NCBI GenBank assembly: GCA_965223665.1 | Contig: OZ245011.1 | Location: 3,168,001-3,232,000 of the forward strand | Length of the DNA stretch: 64,000 nt | Origin: Nitrospinaceae bacterium | GTDB lineage: Bacteria; Nitrospinota; Nitrospinia; Nitrospinales; Nitrospinaceae | Reading direction: 5' to 3' | In this document: piece by piece, positions 10,254-21,177 of the stretch | Numbering within the stretch: position 1 is the first letter of the stretch | How the letters are laid out: the number at the start of each line of letters is the position of its first letter | Position numbers and translations under genes: made by a program | Notes under the pieces: model-generated | What the model was told of the DNA's origin: nothing | The model's input: only the letters and a program-made list of their open reading frames with translations | Database searches by the model: none

Positions 10254-11702
10254 TTATACACTTACAACTTCTAGTTCTTCTTTTGGCGTATGGATCTTTT
10301 GTAAAAACTTGTCCACTTCGTTTGCGACTATTACGCCATAGTTTGCTGCACCCAACCAACCCGACATGATTATCCCAACTGATCCAGCATGAAACAAGCC
10401 AGCAATTTCTTTTGGTAGTTCTTTACTTACCTTGAGGCCCTCAAATTTGGTTCCAAATGAAACCCCTCCAGGGTGCTGGGTGTAACGTTTAAATGTTTTA
10501 GGGGTAGAAGCTTCTAAGTGACCTATCTTATTTCTAATTTCAGGTACATACCGTTCCAGGGCATTTAGAGTAGTTTCAATTAATTCCTGTTTCTTTTTTT
10601 TATATTCTTGTTCTTTCAAATGGGCCCAGTCCTGAAAACGGGCATTCGTGGAAGCTACGATGGCATACATTTTAGATCCGGGTCTCAATTCCGGGTAATA
10701 AAAAGAAAATGTTCTGCTAGTGGTATGAGGTTCTAAAAGCTTTTCAGAATCAAATTCTGGTTCTTGTGAAGTGAATAACAGATCCCCGATATTATCGATT
10801 TTTTCACCACGTTTTATTCCTATATATACTTGGCAACTACTGTCGTTCAGTCTTACCTTTTTTACTTCGTTCAGGTACTCTTCTGAGAAATGTTCATCTC
10901 CTGCCAATTTATGAATAGTTGTCAATAGGTTTGAATTAGACAGTACCGCATTAGAATGAACCTCTCTTCCATTAACCCTGACTCCAACAATCTTTTTATT
11001 TTCCACCAGAATTTTATCCACTAAGCAATGAGTGCGGATGTCCACTCCATTTCGAAGAAGTTCTTTTTTCATCTTTTTTATGAGAGCATTGGTTCCTCCC
11101 TCAAAGGTATAAACCCCTTTGTCCATGAAATTTGAAAATACGATACCATAAGTGATAGCAGGGTCATCTAATGTAGATCCATTGGCATACGTAATGGGTT
11201 CCATGAGAAGGCGATGAACATCAGTTCGTCCAGGGAAAAACTTTTCAAATAGATCCCGAGTGGTCATACTTAAGTCATCATAAAAATTCATTCCCCGAAC
11301 GGTAGTAAAAAAATCATCTATAGTTTCTTTTAAAATTCCAAATCGTTCGCGCATTAGGCGGGTGAAGTCCACCTTGTCGAAGGAGGTCATGAAAGAAAAC
11401 TGTGGATTATCAAATCGAATATTTTTAAGACGGATGATAGAATCAGCAATTTCTTTAGACCAGTATTTTCTACAAGTCTTAATCATACCAATTGGAAAGC
11501 CATGAAGGGAAATATCTAATATATGTCCCCCTTTTCGCTTAAACCAGGTAGCTAATCCTCCTAAATTATAATGATGCTCAAGGATCAGTACTTTATGACC
11601 CATTTTTGCTAATTTGTTTGCAGCAGTGAGTCCACCTAAACCGCTACCGATGATTATTGTGTCGTATGCTTGTTTTACTCCTTTTAACCAGTATTTCGAC
11701 AT
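10254..11702 (-). CDS. Phytoene desaturase / retinol saturase-like FAD-dependent oxidoreductase (2)
   Basis: IIGSGLGGL dinucleotide fold, [19 protein letters not shown] and GLFHAG. Start moved to ATG 11702, which overlaps the upstream TAA (TAATG). Confidence 0.85.
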   Translation of the reverse strand: MSKYWLKGVKQAYDTIIIGSGLGGLTAANKLAKMGHKVLILEHHYNLGGLATWFKRKGGHILDISLHGFPIGMIKTCRKYWSKEIADSIIRLKNIRFDNPQFSFMTSFDKVDFTRLMRERFGILKETIDDFFTTVRGMNFYDDLSMTTRDLFEKFFPGRTDVHRLLMEPITYANGSTLDDPAITYGIVFSNFMDKGVYTFEGGTNALIKKMKKELLRNGVDIRTHCLVDKILVENKKIVGVRVNGREVHSNAVLSNSNLLTTIHKLAGDEHFSEEYLNEVKKVRLNDSSCQVYIGIKRGEKIDNIGDLLFTSQEPEFDSEKLLEPHTTSRTFSFYYPELRPGSKMYAIVASTNARFQDWAHLKEQEYKKKKQELIETTLNALERYVPEIRNKIGHLEASTPKTFKRYTQHPGGVSFGTKFEGLKVSKELPKEIAGLFHAGSVGIIMSGWLGAANYGVIVANEVDKFLQKIHTPKEELEVVSV

Positions 11703-13114
11703 TAAATTCTCCCGTATTCCGGTTTGCTTTGACCCTGCAAAACATGCAGATTGGCCATCGATATCCCACTCAGCGTCGCACCAATAATACCTAAAAATCC
11801 CTGATCTGTCCCACAAATAAACAAATTTCTGATGGGTGTGAATCCGTTTTTGACTTTTTTAGGGGAACCATAAACTGCACCATTGAGGTGTCCTGTGTAT
11901 TTTTTTATGGTTTTTGGCGTAAAAGTGTCTAAAAATACCACATGTTCCCGAAAATCGGGAAAAAATTTGAGCAAAGCTTCTACCGCCTGGTCCCTGCAGG
12001 CTTTCTTGGCAGCACGGTAGTCTTTACGAATCATAGAGTCCCAGAATTTAAAATTCGCTTGATTCGTCACGCGTATTATCCCCTCGAAATTGGAGCCATT
12101 ATAATTAAAATTATTGGGGACACATAATACCCCACTGGTTGTGTCGGTCAGTTTGTCTGGAACGCGATAATGAAATTGAGGTTCTGTACAATAGAACACT
12201 ATACTTTTATCATAACCGATTTTTTTTGGTTCACTACCTAAAACGAATAAAGATTCTAAAAAAGACATTTGTCCAATTTCATGATTTTCTAAGCCATCCA
12301 CATTAGGATCACAAAGTTTCATCGTTTCCACGTAACCCGCTGAGGATATTACTTTATCTACCTCAATATTTTCACCTGAATCTAACTGAATGGACTTCAA
12401 AACCCCGTTTTGGTGTCTGATTTGATTTACCCCGGCACCCATTTTTAATTCTCCCCCCAGGTTTTGGTATTTTTTTACCAACATATTAAGTATGGCGACC
12501 ATGCCATCCCGGGGGCGGGCGAACCCTTCCAAATAAACACTTTTAAACATGATGACGAATTGATAAAAATCCATATCATGCTCTTGAGCATTTCCATAAA
12601 ACATTAGGGGGCAAAATATCATATCGATCAAAAGTGGATCTGATAAATACTGATTTAAAACTTGACGGGAGGAAAGTTGCTGATGGTTATTTATGTCTAA
12701 CTCATTAAAACTCCTAATGTGATTTAGTAACTTGCGAAATCCATCAATTTGACTAGGGAATTGTTCAGCGACCTCCTGCTCAAAAAAACTAAAATCATTA
12801 TGAAACCTGAGTGATTTTCCCGGGAACCGGATTTCTGACATTTCTTGTTCGCATAATTGTAAATCTTCATGTTTCAATCGAAGTTGTTTGAGAAGTTTTC
12901 CAAGAGGGGAAGACCGCATTCCCTTAGGGGTGAAATTGGTCATAGCGTGCAAACCAACATCAAAAGTTCGGTTTTTTCTGACATAAAAGGAGTTGAGACC
13001 TCCGACTTCGACATGCTTTTCCACAATTAGTACCTTTTTATCGAAAAGCGCTAGTCGAATGCCTGCGGCCAAACCAGATAAACCGGCTCCTATTATCAAT
13101 GCATCGTAGGTCAT
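11702..13114 (-). CDS. Phytoene desaturase / retinol saturase-like FAD-dependent oxidoreductase (1)
   Basis: [34 protein letters not shown] and NLFICG. Confidence 0.85.
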   Translation of the reverse strand: MTYDALIIGAGLSGLAAGIRLALFDKKVLIVEKHVEVGGLNSFYVRKNRTFDVGLHAMTNFTPKGMRSSPLGKLLKQLRLKHEDLQLCEQEMSEIRFPGKSLRFHNDFSFFEQEVAEQFPSQIDGFRKLLNHIRSFNELDINNHQQLSSRQVLNQYLSDPLLIDMIFCPLMFYGNAQEHDMDFYQFVIMFKSVYLEGFARPRDGMVAILNMLVKKYQNLGGELKMGAGVNQIRHQNGVLKSIQLDSGENIEVDKVISSAGYVETMKLCDPNVDGLENHEIGQMSFLESLFVLGSEPKKIGYDKSIVFYCTEPQFHYRVPDKLTDTTSGVLCVPNNFNYNGSNFEGIIRVTNQANFKFWDSMIRKDYRAAKKACRDQAVEALLKFFPDFREHVVFLDTFTPKTIKKYTGHLNGAVYGSPKKVKNGFTPIRNLFICGTDQGFLGIIGATLSGISMANLHVLQGQSKPEYGRI

Positions 13115-13183
13115 GAAATGAATAATGAACCAGGAAACTTAATAAATCAATAGGTGGGAAAATTGAGAAAAATCAGAATTATT

Positions 13184-13447
13184 TTAGGTGACAGGCTCTT
13201 GATCCTGCAATCGGGGAAATAGATAAGCTATACAGCTCGACATACTGACAAGCTCAGGGTAATCGTTTTCAGGAACCTCCAAATTGTAACGTTTGCGTAA
13301 TTCCATCACGATGTCCAAAAAGTCCATGGAATCCAGGTCAAATTGGTCCCGAAGCTTTTCATCGTCTTTAAGCTTGCTTAAATCTTCATCTGGGGCAATA
13401 TCTGCAATGATATCAATTATCGCTTGTCGAACTTCGTCCCGGGTCAT
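13184..13447 (-). CDS. Acyl carrier protein
   Basis: Acidic 87-aa protein with LDSMD phosphopantetheine-attachment Ser motif; GGAG SD. Confidence 0.92.
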   Translation of the reverse strand: MTRDEVRQAIIDIIADIAPDEDLSKLKDDEKLRDQFDLDSMDFLDIVMELRKRYNLEVPENDYPELVSMSSCIAYLFPRLQDQEPVT

Positions 13448-13638
13448 CGAGCATAATCTCCTAAATTCTTGATCTTAGGGGAAAAGTCGCTAAATTTCAA
13501 TACTAATTTTAATTCTTTCCGGTTCTCCTTACCTTGAGTAGTTTTAATATTTGTTCCACCTCCTTATACTAATTGAATAACCCAAAAAAGAAGAGGATCT
13601 CATTATTTTAACCTTATCAGGTTCGACGGAGTTTTTAG

Positions 13639-14175
13639 GTGAAATCGTTAATTAAATTTGTTTTTATTGGATTTATTTTTATTATTTTTGTTGAGTTTGC
13701 ATTTAAGTTTTTGGCCACATTTAACCCCAAGGGCTATTTTATTGCTTCCATATTCTATCCTTTTTACCTGATCCTAATTTATTTTTTAAGCAGTCTCCTG
13801 GATAGAGTTTTTCCAAATAAACTGGTCGCCAATGTAATTGCATTTTTTCTATTTGGGTTTATGGGACTATTCATTGAATGGAATTTATTAGGGAATTCTC
13901 CCAGTGGAAATCCCAATGCCAACCAAATAGGAATGTTTGCTTTTTGGGCGGTGTATTGCTGTATGCCTCGTTTGTTTTTAGATTCGGAAACTTCTTCTAC
14001 CTTGAAGTTAAATATAAAGCGATTTTTTGGTTTAAATGTGATCGTTACTTTTCTTATAGCAGTTATATTGCATCAACCGGCTAAGTTTGTGGTGATAATG
14101 TACTTACAGGTTGTGGTTTATGTTTTATTTTCATTCTTCATTTTTTATTATTGGAAGAGTTTAGCGCAAAGATAA
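13639..14175 (+). CDS. Hypothetical multi-pass membrane protein
   Basis: About six hydrophobic segments, GTG start, opposite strand to the fab cluster. Confidence 0.65.
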   Translation: MKSLIKFVFIGFIFIIFVEFAFKFLATFNPKGYFIASIFYPFYLILIYFLSSLLDRVFPNKLVANVIAFFLFGFMGLFIEWNLLGNSPSGNPNANQIGMFAFWAVYCCMPRLFLDSETSSTLKLNIKRFFGLNVIVTFLIAVILHQPAKFVVIMYLQVVVYVLFSFFIFYYWKSLAQR

Positions 14176-14228
14176 CCCAGGCAAGTTTTATCAGGGTTTT
14201 TTGTATAGGTTTATGTATTTGGCAGAAA

Positions 14229-15461
14229 TTAAAATCGTTTTACGATTAGAACTGAATTAATTCCGAACATGCCAAAGGAATTGTTCATTATTACATCCAC
14301 CTGGTTCAGTAGTTCAGGTTGATTCGCCACAAGATTATTGAGTTGGCACTCGGGATCAATCTCATCCAAATTGATGGTAGGGTGAATATAGTTATCCTCA
14401 AAGGCAGGCAAATTTCCTGTAAGTTCCAATGCTCCAGCGGCACCCATAGTATGTCCAATGTAACTTTTGGTGTTATTGATTCTAGTTCGACCATTGGTCC
14501 CGAAGACTTCTCGAACGGCCTTACACTCTTGGATATCTCCCAGCTGAGTTGCGGTGGCGTGAGTGTTTAGTAATGCGATATCCTCGGGTTGTAATTCTGC
14601 ACGTTTCAAAGCTAAACGCATGCATTCGGCTTGGCGGTTGGGTTCAGGAAGGATATAGTCATACGCATCTGAGTTACTGGCATAACCAATTATTTCACCA
14701 TAAATTTTTGCCCCGCGTTTTTGTGCATCATCTAATCGTTCGAGTGTATAAAGACAACCTCCTTCGGAGCAAACTATCCCATTACGATTTTTATCAAATG
14801 GTCGACTGGCCTTGGTAGGGTCATTATGTTCTGCCAAGGCCCCTTCACTCTTAAAGCTTGCGAATATACCAAAGGTGTGGATACTTTCCGAAACACCTCC
14901 CGCGATGGCCATATCGACTTCACCTAATCGAAGCATTTGAACCCCCTGGATAAGCCCCAAATTCCCCGCGGCGCAAGCGGCTCCAATTGCATAGTGTGGG
15001 CCGGTAATGCCCATATTCAAGGTAACTTCTCCCGCAGGATTATTGGCTACTGTGCGTGGGTTGTGATGATGCGACCAATATTTGGTGTCATACTCATATT
15101 GGCTTATGTTATAGACTTCGTTTTCTGTTTCAACATTTCCATGCTCAGTTGTTCCTATGTAAACCCCAATCCGTGATTTGTCGAGAGCATCAAAATCAAT
15201 CGATGAATCAAGGACTGCTTCGCGGGAACAATAGACTGCAATTGATCCGGCACGTGTTCCGCGACGGACATCTTTTTTCTTTTGGTAACGCAGTTCATCG
15301 AAATCACACACCCCTGCAAGAACTTCACCCATGAATCGGGTTTTAAACTTTCGAACACCAGATTTACCTTCCAGCAATGATTTGCGAAACTCCGCTAAAG
15401 AATTACCGTTAGGTGCAGTAAGTCCAATTCCTGTAATTACAATACGATCATTTAATGACAC
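14229..15461 (-). CDS. fabF: Beta-ketoacyl-ACP synthase (FabF/FabB family)
   Basis: Catalytic Cys-His-His motifs GAACAAG, NTHATAT and IGHTMGAA; SRPFD; NSFGMFG. Confidence 0.9.
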   Translation of the reverse strand: MSLNDRIVITGIGLTAPNGNSLAEFRKSLLEGKSGVRKFKTRFMGEVLAGVCDFDELRYQKKKDVRRGTRAGSIAVYCSREAVLDSSIDFDALDKSRIGVYIGTTEHGNVETENEVYNISQYEYDTKYWSHHHNPRTVANNPAGEVTLNMGITGPHYAIGAACAAGNLGLIQGVQMLRLGEVDMAIAGGVSESIHTFGIFASFKSEGALAEHNDPTKASRPFDKNRNGIVCSEGGCLYTLERLDDAQKRGAKIYGEIIGYASNSDAYDYILPEPNRQAECMRLALKRAELQPEDIALLNTHATATQLGDIQECKAVREVFGTNGRTRINNTKSYIGHTMGAAGALELTGNLPAFEDNYIHPTINLDEIDPECQLNNLVANQPELLNQVDVIMNNSFGMFGINSVLIVKRF

Positions 15462-15614
15462 AAAATTATCCTAAAATGAAACCTCATGGGTTGGTTATTA
15501 TAGGCAGGTTTAAACTAAAAATCATTATATACGAAGAATTGGGAAATAGGGAGAATGGAGTTTTAAATAGTAATCTTAAATTTTAAAAGTTAAAGGCAGG
15601 ATACCAAAAATTAT

Positions 15615-16091
15615 TCAAATTTTCTCAATGAGTGCCACTGCGTATGCGGCCAGGCCTTCTTCTCGTCCAGGAAACCCAAGTTTCTCAGTAGTTGTTGCTT
15701 TTATATTGACTTGAAAGGGAGAAATACTGAGGGCTTTTGCGAGGTTATCCTTCATTGCGTTCATATAAGACGCTAACTTAGGTTTTTGAGCCACAATGGT
15801 AGAATCAATATTCATGATTTGAAAACCTTTTTCATTAACCATTCGTCCAACCTTTTCCAAAAGCACCAGGCTGGAAACACCGCGCCAACGAGGATCGGTG
15901 TCAGGAAAATAAAGGCCTAAATCGCCACCCCCACTAGCCCCAAGTAGGGCATCACAAATTGCATGGCATAAAGCATCAGCATCTGAATGACCCAAAAGCC
16001 CTTTAGGATGTGGAATTTCCACACCTCCTAAGATCAGTTTTTCGCCTTCTTCAAGGCGATGCACATCATATCCATTACCGACTCTAAACAT
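15615..16091 (-). CDS. ispF: 2-C-methyl-D-erythritol 2,4-cyclodiphosphate synthase
   Basis: GYDVH, GHSDAD and KATTTEKLG. Confidence 0.97.
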   Translation of the reverse strand: MFRVGNGYDVHRLEEGEKLILGGVEIPHPKGLLGHSDADALCHAICDALLGASGGGDLGLYFPDTDPRWRGVSSLVLLEKVGRMVNEKGFQIMNIDSTIVAQKPKLASYMNAMKDNLAKALSISPFQVNIKATTTEKLGFPGREEGLAAYAVALIEKI

Positions 16092-16283
16092 AAACTCTCT
16101 TTAAAGTTCATAATCCTTCACACTCATTTACCATTGTACCTAGAGTCGTCTTACCTCTACAATACTTTACTTAATCTTTTAGGAATTTTATGTTGTTTTC
16201 CCCAGATAATATTATTTTGCGTATTGAAAAAGCCAGATTCCATATTATTAAGGAACATTAGGTTCTAAAATAATAATCAAAAA

Positions 16284-17189
16284 TTAAGGACTTTCTTCAG
16301 TTTCACAACCGGGGGGTTGAGTTTTGCAAATATAGGTAAGGTGTTTATCCGTTTTGGAATTTTCCAATGGCCAAATACGTTCATCAATAAATCGAGCCAG
16401 GGTGGAAATCTTAAACTCTTTCACAGACTGAGGAACTCTTAAAACAATAAAAAATCTAATTTCATCATTAATTAAATCATCTGAGGCAATCATCCAACGA
16501 CTACGTGGCAGGTTCACCCCTGTAGTCGCAATTTCAACTTTTTCGATATCGTAATTACCTTCCCATTGAAAATTAAAATCTTGTTTTCCTTTGGCGGCAG
16601 CCTTGGCATGGTTCTCACCTATTAGTTTTTTACCAATGGCCAGTTGAAAATCCCCTCCTAAATTTATTTTTGTTTCCCCTCCCAATGTAAAAAGAGATTT
16701 CGTTTTGCTGGCGGGTAATTTGGAAAAAGTAGAAACTTTATTAGGGGAGTATTTCAGTTCAAAAATTAAGACATCAATATCCTCATATTTTTTGGTTTGA
16801 ATCGATAATCCCGTTTCTAAAAAGAAAAATTGATCTTTGGTTTGGTCAACAAGAGCTTGAGCATTGGATTCCAATGGTTTATTTTCTCGCTCCATTTTTT
16901 GGACATAATCAAACAGGATGGGGTTTGAAACAATTTCTGAGTCTGCACCCGGAGGGGTAAAAAATCCACTTTTTGTGGGTCGTTTTTGTAATTTTTCCTG
17001 GGCATTGAGAGTTAAAAGGTTTTTCTCTTCCTCAGACAAATCCTCCAAACCTTCAGACCAGGATTGGACAACCTGTTCCTCAGTTGCAGTTTCAGCGAAT
17101 ACAGGAGAATTTGCGAAAATGAAAATAATAAATATGCCAAGTAGAAAAAGGAAGTGGCAAAAGAGGATGGTTTTTTTATTGGAATTCAA
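16284..17189 (-). CDS. Hypothetical exported protein
   Basis: Signal-peptide-like N-terminus (..SPVFA|ET); 301 aa; two C-terminal Cys. Confidence 0.7.
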   Translation of the reverse strand: MNSNKKTILFCHFLFLLGIFIIFIFANSPVFAETATEEQVVQSWSEGLEDLSEEEKNLLTLNAQEKLQKRPTKSGFFTPPGADSEIVSNPILFDYVQKMERENKPLESNAQALVDQTKDQFFFLETGLSIQTKKYEDIDVLIFELKYSPNKVSTFSKLPASKTKSLFTLGGETKINLGGDFQLAIGKKLIGENHAKAAAKGKQDFNFQWEGNYDIEKVEIATTGVNLPRSRWMIASDDLINDEIRFFIVLRVPQSVKEFKISTLARFIDERIWPLENSKTDKHLTYICKTQPPGCETEESP

Positions 17190-17210
17190 TATTAGTTTTT
17201 TTGATAGTTT

Positions 17211-18521
17211 TTACGTTGTGGTAACTTTTGTTTTTACCAGACTAAGTAATGCAAATGGGTGAACCGGCGCTTCCATTTGTATCCAGACACGACCATTCCC
17301 ACCATGGGCAATCGATATAGATTCTTTATTCATATTTTCCATAGCGGTTAATTGAAATTTATGTTGTCCTTCCGGAGAAATGTATTCAAGTTCGTCTCCA
17401 ATTTCAATTCTATTTTTTACTTCAACTTCCATCCACCCCCCAGGCCGTTCTCCAGTAACCTGGCCGGCAAACACTTGCATTAAATCTTCTTCTTGTGGGG
17501 AATCAAATCGTTCGGTTTCATGGTCAGATTTAGGAACATAAAATGCTGAAGTAAAGCCGCGATTGGCTGTTTTATTTAGCTCTTCTAATAAACCAGGATT
17601 AAATGGCCGACCTTCAGCAAGGTCGCTCAAGGCTTTGCGATAGGTTCTTACAACCAAGGATAAATAATATATTGTTTTTGAGCGGCCTTCGATTTTTAAA
17701 GAACACACCCCAGCATCTTGGATTTGTTTTAAGAATTCCAAAGCCCGTAAATCTTTAGAATTCATTATGTAGGTCCCGTGCTCGTCTTCATCAATGGGCA
17801 TTAATTCTCCGGGACGCAGTTTCTCTTCAATAAAATATTCGCCTTGAAGAATTTCAGGGTTGTGGGTGCTTTGTGAATAGTCTGTTGTGGATTCAGAATT
17901 TTCTTGGGTTAGGTTATATTCCCAACGACAACTGTTAGTGCATGTTCCCTGGTTAGCATCACGGTGGTTAAAATAATTTGATAAAAGGCATCGGCCCGAA
18001 TAAGCAATACAAATTGCACCATGAACAAATGCTTCCAGCTCAATACCAGGAACTTTTTCATGAATTTCATGGACCTCGGGCAAGGACAATTCACGTGAAA
18101 GAATAATGCGTTTTACACCCTGTTCATACCAAAATTGAACAGTAGGCCAATTCATCGTATTGGTTTGTACTGAAAGATGAATGGGGATTTGTGGAAACTC
18201 TTTTCGTACAAAAGAAATCATTCCCGGATCCGCCATAATAAAAGCATCAGGCTCCGCTTCTGCGAAATATGCTAATGATTTTTTAAACGATTCGATTTTT
18301 CGATTAGGAGGTAAAATATTTGCAGTGATATAAATCTTTTTACCTAATTGATGGGACCTGTCAATTGCGGTCTTTAAGGTCGCATCTTTAAAAGGATTTT
18401 CACGCGCTCGTAAAGAGAACTTTGGAATTCCTGCATAAATCGCATCTGCTCCGTAAGCAAAAGCATATTCCATCTTTTCTGGACTGCCCGCAGGCGCTAA
18501 TAATTCTGGGATAAGATGCAT
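17211..18521 (-). CDS. trhP: U32-family tRNA hydroxylation protein TrhP (YegQ)
   Basis: PELLAPAG, HGAICIAYSGRC, CTNSCRW, EDEHGTYIMNSKDL and KIEGRSK. Confidence 0.88.
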   Translation of the reverse strand: MHLIPELLAPAGSPEKMEYAFAYGADAIYAGIPKFSLRARENPFKDATLKTAIDRSHQLGKKIYITANILPPNRKIESFKKSLAYFAEAEPDAFIMADPGMISFVRKEFPQIPIHLSVQTNTMNWPTVQFWYEQGVKRIILSRELSLPEVHEIHEKVPGIELEAFVHGAICIAYSGRCLLSNYFNHRDANQGTCTNSCRWEYNLTQENSESTTDYSQSTHNPEILQGEYFIEEKLRPGELMPIDEDEHGTYIMNSKDLRALEFLKQIQDAGVCSLKIEGRSKTIYYLSLVVRTYRKALSDLAEGRPFNPGLLEELNKTANRGFTSAFYVPKSDHETERFDSPQEEDLMQVFAGQVTGERPGGWMEVEVKNRIEIGDELEYISPEGQHKFQLTAMENMNKESISIAHGGNGRVWIQMEAPVHPFALLSLVKTKVTTT

Positions 18522-18619
18522 TTAATTATTCCGTAATTTAAGGTTTATTCGAACAATTATAGTAAATATTAAACTTAAAGGAAAAGCAAATCTCTTGATC
18601 ACTGACAAAACTTAGGGTA

Positions 18620-19294
18620 TTAAGGGCATCCTTTGGCGGGTATATACCCCGCCCGTTCTGCTTCAAGCATATTGCTAAAGATGATCGCTTGCTTTTGCGA
18701 AAAAGGTTTATAGTTAAGACAGGCGGGCCATTGGTATTGTTTCGTTTTCTTATTGGCTACGATACCATAATGAAATATTTGATTATAATCCACTTTATTG
18801 GGACTGACCGGAGCCTCAGGAATTGAAGTTTCTTTGCGAAATTCCCAGGGAGGTAACGGGTTGGGTTGCATCCACAAACCAATATGGTTTGAATAAGCAA
18901 AATATTCCAGCTTTGTTAATTTTTGCGAGGGTTGGTGTTTCACACGATAATGCCAGGCTAACCCGGAAGCTAAAAGTTCCTCATTTAAAGTTCGCCCATT
19001 GTCCAGAACGACTTTACCAATAAACAATCCGTTGGCATCAATTTGCTCAATGGTAATTTCTACTTTTCGATCATAAACCCGGTCATATGTAAAATTTTGA
19101 GCTTGCCGGCCAAAAGATTGTTTTAGCTCCGGTGCATCAACATCGGCCAAGCGAATTTTATATAATTCGTTTTCACTAAGAATGGTAAAAGTATCTCCAC
19201 TATGAACCGCCGTTCCAATTCCAGAAACCACATGTGAAGGAGTTTGAAAATTAAAAAATAAAGAGGCCATTAAAAATATTGTTTTTATGTCCAT
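18620..19294 (-). CDS. Thermonuclease (SNase)-family protein with C-terminal Ada-like metal-binding domain, degenerate motifs
   Basis: SGDT, IRLADVDAPE, LNEELLASGLAWHY, GLW...PPWEFR and C-terminal EAERAGYIPAKGCP. Confidence 0.82.
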   Translation of the reverse strand: MDIKTIFLMASLFFNFQTPSHVVSGIGTAVHSGDTFTILSENELYKIRLADVDAPELKQSFGRQAQNFTYDRVYDRKVEITIEQIDANGLFIGKVVLDNGRTLNEELLASGLAWHYRVKHQPSQKLTKLEYFAYSNHIGLWMQPNPLPPWEFRKETSIPEAPVSPNKVDYNQIFHYGIVANKKTKQYQWPACLNYKPFSQKQAIIFSNMLEAERAGYIPAKGCP

Positions 19295-19340
19295 CAAAAT
19301 CCACTTTTTATTTTAGTTTTGAACTACATTTCATTTTCTA

Positions 19341-20168
19341 TCATTCTAAAGTTTCTCCACAATGTGGGCATTGATGGGGAGTATCCGGACTTTTCCCTTT
19401 TTGCAATTCTTCTAAAAACCCTGTGGCCAGGATAGCTGCAGGTAACCCAAACATTCCCAATCCTAAAATTGCAATCAATCCCCCAAAAACTTTTCCCAAG
19501 GGAGTAATGGGATAAATATCTCCGTAGCCCACTGTGGTCATGGTAGCAACTCCCCACCACATGGAAGCAGGAATACTGGAAAAAGCATCGGGTTGAACCT
19601 CATTTTCCAAAAAATAAATAATACAGGAAGCGAATATTAAAAGAAAAATGATCATAGAAAATGTAACCACTAACTCTTCTTTTTTTTCTTTACCTACTTG
19701 AATAAATAATTTAAGAGAACGAGAGTATCGAACTAATTTTAGGACGACTAATAATCGAAAAAGTCGAAATGCCCTTATAAAACGTAAATCTACGGCAAAA
19801 AATGTTGAAAGATAAAAAGGTAAAATTGCCAACAAGTCTAAAAGCATCATGGGTGTTAGAGCATAGCGAATTCGACCATTTACGGGATCTTTGTATTGTT
19901 CCGAGGTGGTACATGCCCATAACCGTATAAGATATTCAGTAGTAAAAAATACCATTGAAAAAATTTCAAAACTAAAAAACCAAATCCCATAATTTTCATT
20001 TAGAAATTTTACCGTTTCTAAAACGACTGCTAAAACATTTAATAAGATTAAAGCTAATATGAGTTTATCAAAAGTATTGATTACTCTGTCGTGACGGGCA
20101 ACTGGACCCATCAACTCAGCAACTCTCGATTTAAAGGGCTTATTCGGTTTTTGATGTACGTAATTCAT
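19341..20168 (-). CDS. Voltage-gated potassium channel (6TM)
   Basis: TTVGYGD selectivity filter, S4 RFIRAFRLFRL and a C-terminal CPHCG. Confidence 0.93.
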   Translation of the reverse strand: MNYVHQKPNKPFKSRVAELMGPVARHDRVINTFDKLILALILLNVLAVVLETVKFLNENYGIWFFSFEIFSMVFFTTEYLIRLWACTTSEQYKDPVNGRIRYALTPMMLLDLLAILPFYLSTFFAVDLRFIRAFRLFRLLVVLKLVRYSRSLKLFIQVGKEKKEELVVTFSMIIFLLIFASCIIYFLENEVQPDAFSSIPASMWWGVATMTTVGYGDIYPITPLGKVFGGLIAILGLGMFGLPAAILATGFLEELQKGKSPDTPHQCPHCGETLE

Positions 20169-20310
20169 AAATTAAAGGTAAAGTTCCTTAGTTCTTCTTG
20201 AAACTTGATTAGATCTGGTGTTGGGCATACATTTAGATTAAATACTTTTTTGGTATTTGTGAACAAAGGTTTAAAAAAATTGTTATTTTGAATTTTTGCA
20301 GGCTTAAAAT

Positions 20311-21177
20311 ATGTCTGAACTACAACAGGCCCAATTAGCCCTGGATCAGGGGAATATTGAAAAAGCGGTCTTTATACTAAGTGGGTTTTTAAAAAAAGGA
20401 GAATTGTCTTTCTCAGATCGTCTACGAGCTTTGCATAGCCGAGGGGATGCTTTTAATAAAATAGGTCAATTTCAAAAAGCAATGGACGATTATGATCAAA
20501 TAATTGAATTAAACCCTGATTCACCTGCCTCTTATTTTCCTAGAAGTTTAGCGTATTACAGAAGAGGAATGTTTCGACAAGCCATTAAGGATTTTAGCCA
20601 AATAATTCAACTGGATCCCGATCATTTTTATGCGTATTTATATCGTAGTGAAGCATTTTTTTGGGAAGGTAATTTTGCCTTAGCAATTGAGGATTATGAC
20701 CATCTATTGCGATTAAATCCGGATGATGTGTCTATTTTCTTTCATCGAGGTATTGCTCATTTTTGCTGCGGTAATTTTGAGTCAGCTGAAGGGGATTTTG
20801 AAGCTTGCCTGAAAATAGATCCACAAGATGCATATGGAATGATTTGGCTTTTCTTAAGCCGAGAGAGAGATGGAAGAACGGGTGAACTGCAGTTGGTTAC
20901 CCAATCGATAAATATAAATCCAAAGCACTGGCCACATCCAGTTATCTTTTTTTATTTGGGAGAAATGACATCGGAATCCTTAATAAATGCTACGGTCGAC
21001 TCAAATAAGAAAATAGAAGAGAAGCGAATTTGTGAATCTCAGTTTTATATTGGCCAATATCTTTTGTTGCAGGGCGAAGATGGAAAAGCAAGTCAATGCT
21101 TTCAAAATAGTCTAGAATATTCTGGTCATGTTTTTATTTGCTCTGCGGCTCGAAAAGAATTAAATCGTTTGAAATAA
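20311..21177 (+). CDS. NlpI-like TPR protein
   Basis: TPR repeats, then YGMIWLF, WPHPVIFFYLG and CESQFYIGQ, which resemble the NlpI C-terminus. Confidence 0.8.
   Translation: MSELQQAQLALDQGNIEKAVFILSGFLKKGELSFSDRLRALHSRGDAFNKIGQFQKAMDDYDQIIELNPDSPASYFPRSLAYYRRGMFRQAIKDFSQIIQLDPDHFYAYLYRSEAFFWEGNFALAIEDYDHLLRLNPDDVSIFFHRGIAHFCCGNFESAEGDFEACLKIDPQDAYGMIWLFLSRERDGRTGELQLVTQSININPKHWPHPVIFFYLGEMTSESLINATVDSNKKIEEKRICESQFYIGQYLLLQGEDGKASQCFQNSLEYSGHVFICSAARKELNRLK

Noticed and set aside
10254-13114. Carotenoid biosynthesis (crtI) or ladderane cluster call
   Set aside because: No crtB/crtE and no radical-SAM or methyltransferase genes; the context is purely ACP/fab.
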